Assembly (NCBI GenBank): GCA_965208905.1
Contig: OZ242365.1
Span: forward strand, 800,001-864,000
Source: Nitrosopumilaceae archaeon
Lineage (GTDB): Archaea; Thermoproteota; Nitrososphaeria; Nitrososphaerales; Nitrosopumilaceae
DNA length: 64,000 bases
Direction of reading: 5' to 3'
Part shown: positions 41,250 through 51,371 of the stretch, piece by piece
Layout of the letters: every line of letters begins with the position of its first letter
Position numbering within the stretch: position 1 is the first letter of the stretch
The notes under the pieces: model-generated
The model's database searches: none
What the model saw: only the letters and a program-made list of their open reading frames with translations
What the model was told of the DNA's origin: nothing
Position numbers and translations under genes: made by a program

Positions 41250-41432
41250 TTAAACGGCGCGAATAGTTTTGACTATTCCGGGTCGACGCTTGACAAAGAC
41301 GCGAAATCCGCATATACACTTTATCTCTGGTAATCGCGAGAGCTCGTCATTGGATGTGACGGTGGCGCATTTTAGGCACGAATAGAGCACCTCAAATTTT
41401 TCATTTTCATTCTCTGACATTATATCACTCAT
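41250..41432 (-). CDS. rpoP: RNA polymerase subunit P (Rpo12)
   Basis: YSCLKC...IKCICGFRVFVKRRP. Confidence 0.85.
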   Translation of the reverse strand: MSDIMSENENEKFEVLYSCLKCATVTSNDELSRLPEIKCICGFRVFVKRRPGIVKTIRAV

Positions 41433-41737
41433 GTCAGCAACAGCTCGATATAAACGTCATCGGGTATGCGCAGACGCATTAACTGGCGAATCACCTTGTC
41501 ATCGGCACTAATGTCAATCACCCGGCGATGCAGACGCATCTCCCATTTTTCATAAGTTTCAGTCCCGTTCCCACAGGGCGATTTACGCGTAGCGACATGA
41601 AGTCTTTTTATGGGCAGAGGCGTGGGTCCTTTCATACGAACACCGGTATTTTTACCGATTCCCATAATTTCACCACATACACCGTCGAGTTTTGGTAGAC
41701 TGATACTGGTCAGTTTAACTCGGGCGGTCTGGGCCAT
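41429..41737 (-). CDS. rps10: 30S ribosomal protein uS10
   Basis: KGPTPLP, TRKSPCGNG.ETYEKWEMRLHRR; follows tuf. Confidence 0.95.
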   Translation of the reverse strand: MAQTARVKLTSISLPKLDGVCGEIMGIGKNTGVRMKGPTPLPIKRLHVATRKSPCGNGTETYEKWEMRLHRRVIDISADDKVIRQLMRLRIPDDVYIELLLT

Positions 41738-41747
41738 CCAGATCTAC

Positions 41748-43046
41748 CTACGGGTTATACTCTTCGGAGATTTCCTTTACTACTCCGGCAGCGATAGTAG
41801 CGCCCATATCGCGCAGTGCAAATCTGCCCAATTCAGGAAATTCTTGGAATGTTTCAATTGGGGTTGGTCTCACTGGGCGAATCTTTACCATTGCCGAATC
41901 TCCAACCTTTAGGAATTTTGGATTCTCCTCTTCAACAGCGCCAGTTGCAGGATTCATCTTTTGCAAGAATTCAGTAATAGTGGCGGCTACCTGTGCCGTA
42001 TGACAGTGCATCACCGGGGTGTATCCTGGTGCTAGTGCTGTAGGGTGGTGTATGACTATAATTTGTGCCTTAAACTCCTTGGCAACCTGTGGCGGTTTGT
42101 CTGGAGTACCCAGAACATCGCCCCTTTTGATATCTTTCTTGTCTATTCCCCGAAGGTTAAAGCCTATGTTATCGCCGGCCTGAGCTGACGGCATTGCAGT
42201 GTGGTGAGTCTCTATTGACTTTATCTCGCCTACAGAGCCTGATGGCATCACTATGATCTTGTCACCTGGTGCCATCTTGCCTGTCTCGACTCGACCGACA
42301 GGAACGGTTCCGACTCCTGTGATTGTATATACGTCTTGTATTGGTACTCGTAATGGCTTGCCTATGGGCTTTTCATCGGCTTTAAAGTCGTCAAATGCCT
42401 CGAGCAACGTCTTTCCTTTATACCACGACATGTTATCAGATCTCTTAACTAGGTTATCACCCTTCCAACCTGAGACTGGAATAAATGGCACAGCATCTAC
42501 CTTGTATCCGACGGATCTTATCAGTGCAGTACCTTTTTTGACTGCCGCATTGTAGCCTTCCTCCTTGTAGTCTACAGCATCCATCTTGTTTATGGCAACA
42601 ACAAGTTGTTTTACGCCCAATGTCCGTAGCAGAAAGGCGTGTTCACGAGCCTGTCCACCAGGAGCTACTGCGGTATCAGTCTCTCCCTCCTTTGCAGACA
42701 AGACAAGCACTGCACAATCTGCTTCCGAAGCACCAGTAATCATATTTTTAATAAAGTCCCTATGGCCGGGAGCATCAATCAAAGTGAAGAAGAATTTTTT
42801 TGTCTCGAATTTTTGAAATGCCAAGTCAATTGTAATGCCCCTCTCACGTTCGTCCTTAATGTTATCCATAACCCAAGCATACTTGAAAGTATCACCCTTG
42901 CCGGTCTTTTCTGATTCGGCTGCGTGTGATGCAATTGTTCGTTCATCAACCACGCCCAAATCCATCAGAAAATGGCCCATTGTAGTGGATTTACCATTGT
43001 CTATGTGACCTGTTATTATCAGGTTTAGATGGTCTTTTTCTGCCAT
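41748..43046 (-). CDS. tuf: Elongation factor 1-alpha
   Basis: GHIDNGKST, ERERGITID, DAPGHRDFIKNM, NKMD. Confidence 0.97.
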   Translation of the reverse strand: MAEKDHLNLIITGHIDNGKSTTMGHFLMDLGVVDERTIASHAAESEKTGKGDTFKYAWVMDNIKDERERGITIDLAFQKFETKKFFFTLIDAPGHRDFIKNMITGASEADCAVLVLSAKEGETDTAVAPGGQAREHAFLLRTLGVKQLVVAINKMDAVDYKEEGYNAAVKKGTALIRSVGYKVDAVPFIPVSGWKGDNLVKRSDNMSWYKGKTLLEAFDDFKADEKPIGKPLRVPIQDVYTITGVGTVPVGRVETGKMAPGDKIIVMPSGSVGEIKSIETHHTAMPSAQAGDNIGFNLRGIDKKDIKRGDVLGTPDKPPQVAKEFKAQIIVIHHPTALAPGYTPVMHCHTAQVAATITEFLQKMNPATGAVEEENPKFLKVGDSAMVKIRPVRPTPIETFQEFPELGRFALRDMGATIAAGVVKEISEEYNP

Positions 43047-43260
43047 ACAAATCTAGAATTCTGTCTGTATATATACCAATCCATCTTGATTTTTTTGTAA
43101 TTAATGGCTCCTCTCTTAAAGATGTGTGATGAATGAGAGACAGTATTCTGTATAGTCTTGCATTACTAACAATCATACGTGTATAAATAGCGAATATGAC
43201 CTTGATTATTACATATTCTTGCAGAAATAAACTAAAATAATAACGGCGTAGTACAGATAC

Positions 43261-44316
43261 TCTGTTGTACAAAAATTAGGTTCGACTAAGTTCTGGTTGC
43301 AAGCAAAGGAATACTTCACGCTTTATCGATCACGAAAAAAGATGAAAATGACAAAGTTGACGGATAAACAGATACGATACGCCATAAGGGAACGTGGTAA
43401 GGGTAAGACGCTTGTTGACATAGCAGACGATATAGGTGTAACACCACAACATGTAGGACGACTATGTGCAGAGTTTACAAGAACAGGACAGATACACGTG
43501 CAACAAAAGCCAGGCCGGCCAGTCCACCCACCACCGTCGGCAGAGGAGGTCCGAACCGTGTTGAACAAACATGCAGAGGAAGATGTAGGCATCATACGAA
43601 CAGCAAGGAGGGTCAGAAAAGACAATCCGAATATAAGCTATGCCACCATATATCGCATAATGAAAGAACATGGACTAGTCACATCATCTGTAGCAAAATC
43701 CAAAAAAAGAAAATACGTTAGGTATGAGCGCAAATATTCCAATGCCATGTGGCATGTTGACTGGCATATAATGAAGGATCAACGCTTTGCAGGGCTCAAC
43801 CTAGTCACATTTCTAGATGATTCATCAAGGTGTATAACGGGTGCTGCCCTATTCAAGGAAGCCACCTCAGAAAACGTAGTAGATGTGCTGCGACAAGCAA
43901 TAGCGAGATTTGGTACACCGGCCACTATCCTCTCAGATAATGGTAGGTGTTTTAACGGGGGAAGAAGGCATGACGATTCACCTAAGGGCAAATGGAAGCC
44001 TACTGCGTTTGAGGCCGAGTTGTTAGACCGTGGAATCGAGATGATAAACTCACGACCGTATCATCCGCAGACAAACGGCAAACTGGAACGCTTTCACGGT
44101 AGTATAGAGACAGAGATACATCATTATGATAGTCTATCTTCCTATATAGAGTACTATAATGAGCGCAGACTTCACTTTTCGTTGGATATTGACAACTACG
44201 AGACACCACTACAGGCATTTTCTGTCAGAAAGGCCACAAAAGCGATCAGAGAAAAGGACCCAAAATGGATGGAGAGAGATACCGATGATTAACGAACATA
44301 ATTTTCATATAAAACA
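43261..44316 (+). mobile_element. IS481-family insertion sequence (variant B, copy 1), 1056 bp
   Basis: Ends TCTGTTGTACAAAAATTAGGTTCG / CGAACATAATTTTCATATAAAACA; 15-bp TSD GCGTAGTACAGATAC at 43246-43260 and 44317-44331. Confidence 0.94.
43297..44292 (+). CDS. IS481-family DDE transposase
   Basis: WHVD / SDNG / PQTNGKLERFH. Confidence 0.92.
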   Translation: MQAKEYFTLYRSRKKMKMTKLTDKQIRYAIRERGKGKTLVDIADDIGVTPQHVGRLCAEFTRTGQIHVQQKPGRPVHPPPSAEEVRTVLNKHAEEDVGIIRTARRVRKDNPNISYATIYRIMKEHGLVTSSVAKSKKRKYVRYERKYSNAMWHVDWHIMKDQRFAGLNLVTFLDDSSRCITGAALFKEATSENVVDVLRQAIARFGTPATILSDNGRCFNGGRRHDDSPKGKWKPTAFEAELLDRGIEMINSRPYHPQTNGKLERFHGSIETEIHHYDSLSSYIEYYNERRLHFSLDIDNYETPLQAFSVRKATKAIREKDPKWMERDTDD

Positions 44317-44368
44317 GCGTAGTACAGATACATTTAACAATAAATCATAGTAAATTGTTTTGTTTAGT

Positions 44369-45502
44369 ATGGATGTAACAATCTCCGCCATAAAAGCAGA
44401 TGTGGGTGGTATTGGGGGGCACACAAGACCCAGTGACGGACTACTTGATGCTGTACGGCGAGTAGTAAGAGGTTCTGAAGATCTCTTGCTGGATCACTAC
44501 ATTGGATACTGTGGTGATGATGTTCACATAATAATGAGCCATACTCATGGTGTGGATAACACAAAGATACATGCATTGGCATGGGAGGCATTTATGGCAG
44601 GTACACAGGTAGCAAAAGATGAAGGGCTGTATGGAGCAGGACAAGATCTACTGAGTGACTCGTTTTCAGGTAATGTAAAAGGAATGGGACCAGGTGTGGC
44701 AGAGATGCAGTTTGAAGAGAGACCAAATGAGGCATTTGTTGTCTTTGCTGCTGATAAGACAGAGCCTGGCGCTTTCAACTATCCCATGTATCGACTCTTT
44801 GTTGATTCACTGAGTAATACAGGGCTGATAGTCAACAAATCACTGGCACAAGGGGTTAGATTTAGAATTATGGATGTAGAAGAGGGCACCGTGGCAGATT
44901 TGGAGTTGTGGCAGGATAAACCAACACTAGAGGCAGCCTTGATGTATCCGGGTCGTTACGTTATAGATTCTATTGAGACTAAGGATGGTGAACCCATAAT
45001 GGCGGCATCAACTGACCGATTACACAATATAGCAGGAACATATGTGGGCAAAGATGATCCCATCTGTGTTGTAAGGACACAGAAAAAATTCCCTGCTACC
45101 GAAGAGGCTGGTAGCGTATTTAGCAATCCACATCTGGTGGCAGGCAACACCCGCGGAAGTCATAATATGCCCCTAATGCCGGTGACTCTCAACTCTGCGG
45201 CCACCATTAACTTTTGCATACCCATAGTTGAATCGGCTGTGTTTAGTATGAAGATGGGTAAATTTACAGGACCATTTGATGGGTTCTCGACGGCAGACTG
45301 GGATGCAGTGCGCAATATTGCTGTACAGAGGGCTCAGTCTATACGGAGTCAGGGCTTTATTCATCCGGCTACACTGGTACCCTCAGAGTTGGAGTATGCT
45401 GAAGGGTACCGAGCTAGAATATCTGATTTGGAGCAAAAGATGAAATCATTAGAAAAAGTAAAAAGCATACAACGCAAAGAAGCATATGAGGATCCGGACT
45501 AG
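44369..45502 (+). CDS. fbp: Fructose-1,6-bisphosphate aldolase/phosphatase (class V)
   Basis: IKADVGGIGGH, GLYGAGQDLL.DSFSGNVKGMGPG, YVGKDDP. Confidence 0.95.
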   Translation: MDVTISAIKADVGGIGGHTRPSDGLLDAVRRVVRGSEDLLLDHYIGYCGDDVHIIMSHTHGVDNTKIHALAWEAFMAGTQVAKDEGLYGAGQDLLSDSFSGNVKGMGPGVAEMQFEERPNEAFVVFAADKTEPGAFNYPMYRLFVDSLSNTGLIVNKSLAQGVRFRIMDVEEGTVADLELWQDKPTLEAALMYPGRYVIDSIETKDGEPIMAASTDRLHNIAGTYVGKDDPICVVRTQKKFPATEEAGSVFSNPHLVAGNTRGSHNMPLMPVTLNSAATINFCIPIVESAVFSMKMGKFTGPFDGFSTADWDAVRNIAVQRAQSIRSQGFIHPATLVPSELEYAEGYRARISDLEQKMKSLEKVKSIQRKEAYEDPD

Positions 45503-45979
45503 ATGCACCCCATACAGCGTACCATGAAGACGATGTACAGTAATATCTCTCCCTTGCTTAACTGGAAGGGATATATGCTGATGGTTGTAGCATCAATAAC
45601 ATTTGTAAATATTGTACTTGTGATATTTGGAAATACAATACCCAATGTGTTTTTGGTGATATTTGGAAATACAATACCTGGCGTATTTCAGACTGTATTC
45701 AAAGTAGCTGCTGGCGGTGTGATATTGGGAGCGGTAGTTGTATTTGCCATGGCATGGTTGCTGAGGGCCAAACCACAAAACCGACCTCGGGCGTATCGTG
45801 TAATGATATTTGATGTCTTTGGAAGAGAGTCTGTAGTTGAGGGTTTGCGGCTTGACTTTCGAAACCATGATGTTGCATGGAGCCACATGAAGGATTACAA
45901 GAAGAGATACCCGTTGCACAACTTTGCCTTGGTGGGGGACGTAAAAGGAAACAAGCCTACCATATATCGATATATCTGA
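45503..45979 (+). CDS. Hypothetical membrane protein with internal 12-aa duplication
   Basis: Hydrophobic N-half; LVIFGNTIP occurs twice; start uncertain. Confidence 0.65.
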   Translation: MHPIQRTMKTMYSNISPLLNWKGYMLMVVASITFVNIVLVIFGNTIPNVFLVIFGNTIPGVFQTVFKVAAGGVILGAVVVFAMAWLLRAKPQNRPRAYRVMIFDVFGRESVVEGLRLDFRNHDVAWSHMKDYKKRYPLHNFALVGDVKGNKPTIYRYI

Positions 45980-46254
45980 CAAGAAGACGGCAAGAGATAG
46001 CAACCTAGAAAAAGTTGGACATTTTGCGATCTAGACTGCATATGTGGTATTTATAGTCGTGTGAAGATGTTGACTGCCCTTTACAGAATGAAGAGATGTT
46101 TACCAGGCTACGAGATTTACAACTTTGAGTCCCTATCTCCTTTGACAACCGCCCTTTGCTTATACTCGGCACATTTAGCTTCAAACATGTATTGCAAACT
46201 TTTAAAGTTTGATTTTGAAACCAAAACATCCGAATATATGATTCAACAACTAAT

Positions 46255-46707
46255 TTAGATTCTCCCAGTTATGGTATTTTTGTTGGTGTTGTACCATGTG
46301 GTGATGTATTCTCCTACGCCACAGGGTCGATTGTTTATTGCCAAATGAGAGAATGTCTTACCTGGGTTGATCGAACCGTGAGTATGCAATGTATTATGGG
46401 GTATATGTACAACATCACCAATATCCAGTGGTATCTCACCGGTCTTTGTAATTTTAAATGATCCATCAACACCCTCCTCGGTATCTGCTTGGTATATCTC
46501 AAGACTGCCCCTGCCCTCTGTTACTATGAGTGTCTGCGATCCATCATGCTTGTGAACCTTTGTTCTTGAACCTCCTTCAAAGTGGACATGATACATATCT
46601 GCTGCTGTACTGTTTAATGAAACATCCTTCATCCATACATGACCCGTAAACCAAGCAGGATTTACCTCCCGCCGTCCATCTGAGCCATGAATGTTGGCCT
46701 TTTCCAT
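46255..46707 (-). CDS. Cupin-domain protein
   Basis: HKH...Q.LIVTEGRG and GDVVHIP....HTHG cupin motifs. Confidence 0.82.
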   Translation of the reverse strand: MEKANIHGSDGRREVNPAWFTGHVWMKDVSLNSTAADMYHVHFEGGSRTKVHKHDGSQTLIVTEGRGSLEIYQADTEEGVDGSFKITKTGEIPLDIGDVVHIPHNTLHTHGSINPGKTFSHLAINNRPCGVGEYITTWYNTNKNTITGRI

Positions 46708-46708
46708 T

Positions 46709-46993
46709 TTAAATTCTTCCTAAAAGCTTACTCTTTGCCACTTTATACTCCTCGTCGGTTAGTAGGCCTTCTTTCCACATACTTCCCAACTTCTCTAGAG
46801 CATCCACATCTGACTCTCTTAAGGCTATTTTTTTGGCCTCCTTTAAGCCACCTTTGACATTCTTGTCTCCGGCTTTATAGGCCTTGTCAGCCGTATCTAT
46901 GACTCCTTTTATACTGCCTTTTACTGCCTTGTCTCCGGTTTTATAGGCCTCGTCAGCCTTATCAATGGTCTTCTTCAAATAATCTTTAATCAT
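46709..46993 (-). CDS. SHOCT-domain small protein with internal repeat
   Basis: LEKLGSMWKEGLLTDEEYKVAKSKLL; duplicated IDxADxAYKxGDKxVKG. Confidence 0.72.
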   Translation of the reverse strand: MIKDYLKKTIDKADEAYKTGDKAVKGSIKGVIDTADKAYKAGDKNVKGGLKEAKKIALRESDVDALEKLGSMWKEGLLTDEEYKVAKSKLLGRI

Positions 46994-47521
46994 AGATGTA
47001 GTTAGCAGATATCTACTATATATTTAAGGTGTTTTGGGAAGTTACATGGCCATGGATGATGGTGGAGAGTTAGACACATGATGACTCTTCGAAACTGCTA
47101 GGAGAGTATGTTACCTAACTGTGCATCTCCCAGCTTTGGCTATCTTGTCCGTGAGCGAGATCACATACAACCGTTCCTTGTCATAATCGACATGGTCGTT
47201 TATTGGTGATTCAGACTTTGTCACATTCGCAGTTATAGACGAGCTGGGGGATTGATACCAAAGTATCTAGATGTGTGTTTTATCAAACCCCTGCATACAC
47301 AACTTGAAATTTGACTAGTCTTTAACCTTTCACAGATGCCAATGTATAGTGTAACTGTGCAGCAAATTCAACTTATGCCCCAATCCTGTACTAGCCGACA
47401 GCGTTTCATAATTTACATGCCTTTTGACTACGGGCCGGCATGCGAATACGAAACGCTGTCAACTAACCAAAAACCATATAGCAACTGTGCATCATGTTGT
47501 CTATATGGGTGGGCATGATAC

Positions 47522-49156
47522 ATGTTAGGCAAGACACTGGGCATAGTGATAAATCGACTTACCGTAGGATTTGTCTTTGCCTTCATATATCAAGCACTCA
47601 CCGGAGCAGCCACCTCTCTACTCTCCATACCTCTTACGGGTACAATTCAAGACCTCCTATGGGGTCTGGAGAGGACTAACCAGACAGACAGTTCGTGGGC
47701 CATTGTATGGTGGGTGATATCTACCATACTGTTTACCACGATAGCCACACAATTGGTACGATTCCGTAGGTTCATATCCCCATACAAGGGCGAGAAGAGA
47801 ATCTATGAGCCACTCACCATAACTCTTCCTACTATAGTGATACTGGGAGCTGTAATGTCGTTCATATTCTTTGTCGTAGACTTGATTATAGGCACGACGA
47901 CCAATGTAACTGATATCAGTACAATATACATGGCGGCCACTACTGGAGACTATGGACCGCTGGGCATAAGCATACTCTTCTCTCTGGTGGCAGGATTTGT
48001 TGTTGTGGGTGTGATAAGTCGGGCCAGCAGAAAGGTCAAGGAACTGACTCGGGGTATGGGGGCAATAGACATGGAGCGCCTAAAGAAGAAGTTCGGCAAA
48101 GAGAAGGTAAAGACCACCGCGGATACTTTAGGTATGGCGCCCGGGGAGCTGGTCCATATAGGAAAAAAGAAGGTCGATCAGATATGGTTCTCGACCATGC
48201 AGTATGAGCGAGAACAGCTAAACGAGATAGAGCGAACCTACGATATAGATGAGTGTCTTGCCGCAGAGCCGATGAGGGTAAATTGGCTGAACATGACCGG
48301 TCTGCATGATGCCGAACCGGTTCAAGAGTTTGGAAGGAGGTTTGGTCTGCACGAGTTGCATCAGGCAGACATAATGAACACTGAGTTGCGTCCTTCTATT
48401 GATATCAGCGAGGACCACATATTCATGGTCCTAAAGATGCCGCGTTACGACGCAAATGATAACCTTGTCGTTGAACACCTGAGCATCATACTGGGAGATG
48501 AATACGTTATATCCTTTCAGGAGGATGATGGAGATGTCTTTGATCGTGTTCGCGAGAACATAAGAAAGTCTAGAGGAGAGTTCCGCAATATGCGTAGCGA
48601 TTATCTGGCATATGCCCTAATTGATGCTATAGTGGACAACTTTTTTGTGATACTAGAGAGAATCGGCAACCAGACCGAAGATTTGGAGAAAGAACTGATG
48701 GACAATCCGGATCCCCACACCCTACAAACAATATACACTCTCAAGCGTCAGATGGTGACACTGCGCCGGGTGATATGGCCCATGCGGGAAATCATAGATG
48801 GACTGGAACGAAACGACTCCCCCCTAATACACGATGGTACAAAACGCTATCTGCGAGATGCATATAACCATACAGTTCAGACCATGGATACAATAGAGTC
48901 TCTCCGAGATATGATAGGTGGAATGCTGGACACATACCTCTCTAGTGTGAGCAACAGGATGAACGAGGTTATGAAGACGCTCACCATAATCGCCAGCATA
49001 TTCATCCCAATTACATTTATCGCCGGTCTATATGGCACCAACTTTGCCCACGTTCCTGAACTGGAACTGGAGGGTGGCTACTTTATTATGCTTGGCGTAA
49101 TGGGAGTGATCTCCACCATAATGCTGATATGGTTCAAGAGAAAGGCATGGCTGTAG
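47522..49156 (+). CDS. corA: CorA Mg2+/Co2+ transporter with N-terminal membrane extension
   Basis: MNEVMKTLT..F.P.TFIAGLYGTNF...PEL; about 190-aa hydrophobic N-terminal extension. Confidence 0.88.
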   Translation: MLGKTLGIVINRLTVGFVFAFIYQALTGAATSLLSIPLTGTIQDLLWGLERTNQTDSSWAIVWWVISTILFTTIATQLVRFRRFISPYKGEKRIYEPLTITLPTIVILGAVMSFIFFVVDLIIGTTTNVTDISTIYMAATTGDYGPLGISILFSLVAGFVVVGVISRASRKVKELTRGMGAIDMERLKKKFGKEKVKTTADTLGMAPGELVHIGKKKVDQIWFSTMQYEREQLNEIERTYDIDECLAAEPMRVNWLNMTGLHDAEPVQEFGRRFGLHELHQADIMNTELRPSIDISEDHIFMVLKMPRYDANDNLVVEHLSIILGDEYVISFQEDDGDVFDRVRENIRKSRGEFRNMRSDYLAYALIDAIVDNFFVILERIGNQTEDLEKELMDNPDPHTLQTIYTLKRQMVTLRRVIWPMREIIDGLERNDSPLIHDGTKRYLRDAYNHTVQTMDTIESLRDMIGGMLDTYLSSVSNRMNEVMKTLTIIASIFIPITFIAGLYGTNFAHVPELELEGGYFIMLGVMGVISTIMLIWFKRKAWL

Positions 49157-49926
49157 CAGAACGAATCTACAGTATAATGGAGAATGGCGACGGACGGGCA
49201 GGTGTTGCATTTCAGATTAGCATAACTGTTTTGATAATTTTGAATATCTTATTTGTCATAATAGAGACTGAACCATCCATACATACACTATATGGGGCGC
49301 ACATGGAGGCATTTGCAACAGTATCGTTAATTATATTTGCTGGTGAGTATATACTGCGTCTGTCACTATACCGTCATAAAATGGGATCCCGCCGATTCGC
49401 TCTGATCCGTTTTGCCGTATCACCCATGATGATCGTAGACCTGATAGTCATACTTCCACTACTCTTGCCTTTCTTTGGAGTGGATACGCGCCTCATTCGT
49501 ATACTGCGTCTACTACGCCTCTTTAGTGTATTCAAGCTGGCTCGTATGTCCGATGCCATGTCAGAATTTGCCATCGTACTGAGGTCTAGAGCGTCGGACT
49601 TTGCATTGGCGTTTTGTATATTTTTCATAGTGTTGATACTTGCATCCAGCTTTATGTATTACATAGAAAGAGATGCGCAGCCAGATGTGTTCTACAGTAT
49701 ACCTGCATCCATGTGGTGGGGCATAGTGACATTGACCACCATTGGATATGGTGACACTGTACCTGTAACTCCCATAGGCAAGGCCATTGGGGCGGGTGTT
49801 GCGATACTGGGAATAGCCGTCTATGCCGTACCCACAGGAATAATCGCCACCTCCTTTAACGAGTACCGCCGGAACAAAAAAGGTGACAGATGCCCACACT
49901 GCGGCAAGAATATAGGCTTTAGATGA
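49147..49926 (+). CDS. Voltage-gated potassium channel-like ion transporter
   Basis: S4 RLIRILRLLRLF; pore WWGIVTLTTIGYGD; C-terminal CPHCG. Confidence 0.88.
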   Translation: MAVAERIYSIMENGDGRAGVAFQISITVLIILNILFVIIETEPSIHTLYGAHMEAFATVSLIIFAGEYILRLSLYRHKMGSRRFALIRFAVSPMMIVDLIVILPLLLPFFGVDTRLIRILRLLRLFSVFKLARMSDAMSEFAIVLRSRASDFALAFCIFFIVLILASSFMYYIERDAQPDVFYSIPASMWWGIVTLTTIGYGDTVPVTPIGKAIGAGVAILGIAVYAVPTGIIATSFNEYRRNKKGDRCPHCGKNIGFR

Positions 49927-49971
49927 ATCTTATACGTGACTTGTAGAACTGTCTGATGCGCAGTATAATAT

Positions 49972-51333
49972 ATGCAACAGTCTTGTTCTGTAAACAAATA
50001 TTGGGCTTACAACAGATGGCAATCATTGAATAGATGGGAAGAGACATATCGTAAAAATACGCCTACATCCAGAGCGTTATTCGACAAGTCAAGACAGATG
50101 CACATCAATGGAGTCTCTCACAACATACGATACTACGAACCATATCCATTTGTAACTGCACATTCATCTGGGAGATACCTGATAGATGTGGATGCTAACA
50201 AGTATGCTGATTACTGGATGGGTCATTGGTCTCTGATATTGGGGCATGGTTCAGATTACATACTCACAAAGATCAAAGAACAGCTAAACCTTGGCTGGAT
50301 GTATGGTACAGTAAACAGACAGACTCTGGAACTATCTGAGCTAATCTCCAAAGCGATACCCGTCGCCGAGCGTATACGCTATGTAACATCCGGAACAGAA
50401 GCGGTCATGTATGCCACAAGACTTGCTCGAGCATTCACAGGTAGACGCATAATAGCCAAGATTGATGGGGGGTGGCACGGATATGCATCAGATCTCTTAA
50501 AGACGGTAAATTGGCCGTTTACAGAGCCTGAAAGTAGCGGCATTACATCAGACGAATACGTAATCTCAATTCCGTATAATGATATAGAGAAATCTCTAGA
50601 GATACTAACCAGCGTTAAAGAGCAACTGGCCGGAATTATGGTGGAGCCCATTCTTGGTGGAGCTGGGTGCATACCCGCCGAATATGACTACCTGGCAAGC
50701 TTGCAGGAATTTGCCTCAAAGTCTGGAGCACTATTCATGCTTGATGAGATAGTTACAGGGTTCAGATTAAAGTATGGGGGAATGTATGATGATATTGGAT
50801 TATCCCCAGATATCATAACCTTAGGTAAAGTAGTTGGTGGAGGGTTGTCCATTGGAGTCATCTGCGGCAGAAGTGAAGTAATGGATGTTGCCAACACCTC
50901 ACAAATGTCCCGAAAGAGACGTTGCTACATAGGCGGTGGAACATTTTCTGCAAATCCGGTATCCATGGTTGCAGGTGCTGCCACCCTAGAGACATTAAAA
51001 AATAATCCTGCAATATATCAAAAGATAAATCGTCTGGGAGCGCAGACTCGAGATAAAATTGGCAAAATATTAAAAGATAAATTACAGATGACCGGTGCTG
51101 GTTCCCTCTTTATGATGCATTTTCCCAAAGATATCACCAAGCCAATAAAAGATGCAGCCACTGTATTTGAGTGCGATACAAACATGCTGTATAATTATCA
51201 CATGTATCTGATGGCAAAAGAGAATATATTTTTTCTACCGGGCAAACTAGGGGCAGTATCAAATGCTCATGATGAGTCCGATGTTAAAGATATTATTCGG
51301 GCAACCGAAAGGTTTGTTGCCGATGAGCTATAA
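49972..51333 (+). CDS. hemL: Glutamate-1-semialdehyde 2,1-aminomutase (class III aminotransferase)
   Basis: SGTEA, DEIVTGFR, LGKVVGGG, GGTFSANP; true start probably near 50026. Confidence 0.8.
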   Translation: MQQSCSVNKYWAYNRWQSLNRWEETYRKNTPTSRALFDKSRQMHINGVSHNIRYYEPYPFVTAHSSGRYLIDVDANKYADYWMGHWSLILGHGSDYILTKIKEQLNLGWMYGTVNRQTLELSELISKAIPVAERIRYVTSGTEAVMYATRLARAFTGRRIIAKIDGGWHGYASDLLKTVNWPFTEPESSGITSDEYVISIPYNDIEKSLEILTSVKEQLAGIMVEPILGGAGCIPAEYDYLASLQEFASKSGALFMLDEIVTGFRLKYGGMYDDIGLSPDIITLGKVVGGGLSIGVICGRSEVMDVANTSQMSRKRRCYIGGGTFSANPVSMVAGAATLETLKNNPAIYQKINRLGAQTRDKIGKILKDKLQMTGAGSLFMMHFPKDITKPIKDAATVFECDTNMLYNYHMYLMAKENIFFLPGKLGAVSNAHDESDVKDIIRATERFVADEL

Positions 51334-51371
51334 AGCGTTAGACTAAAATCGATGTATTATGTTGTAACTGT

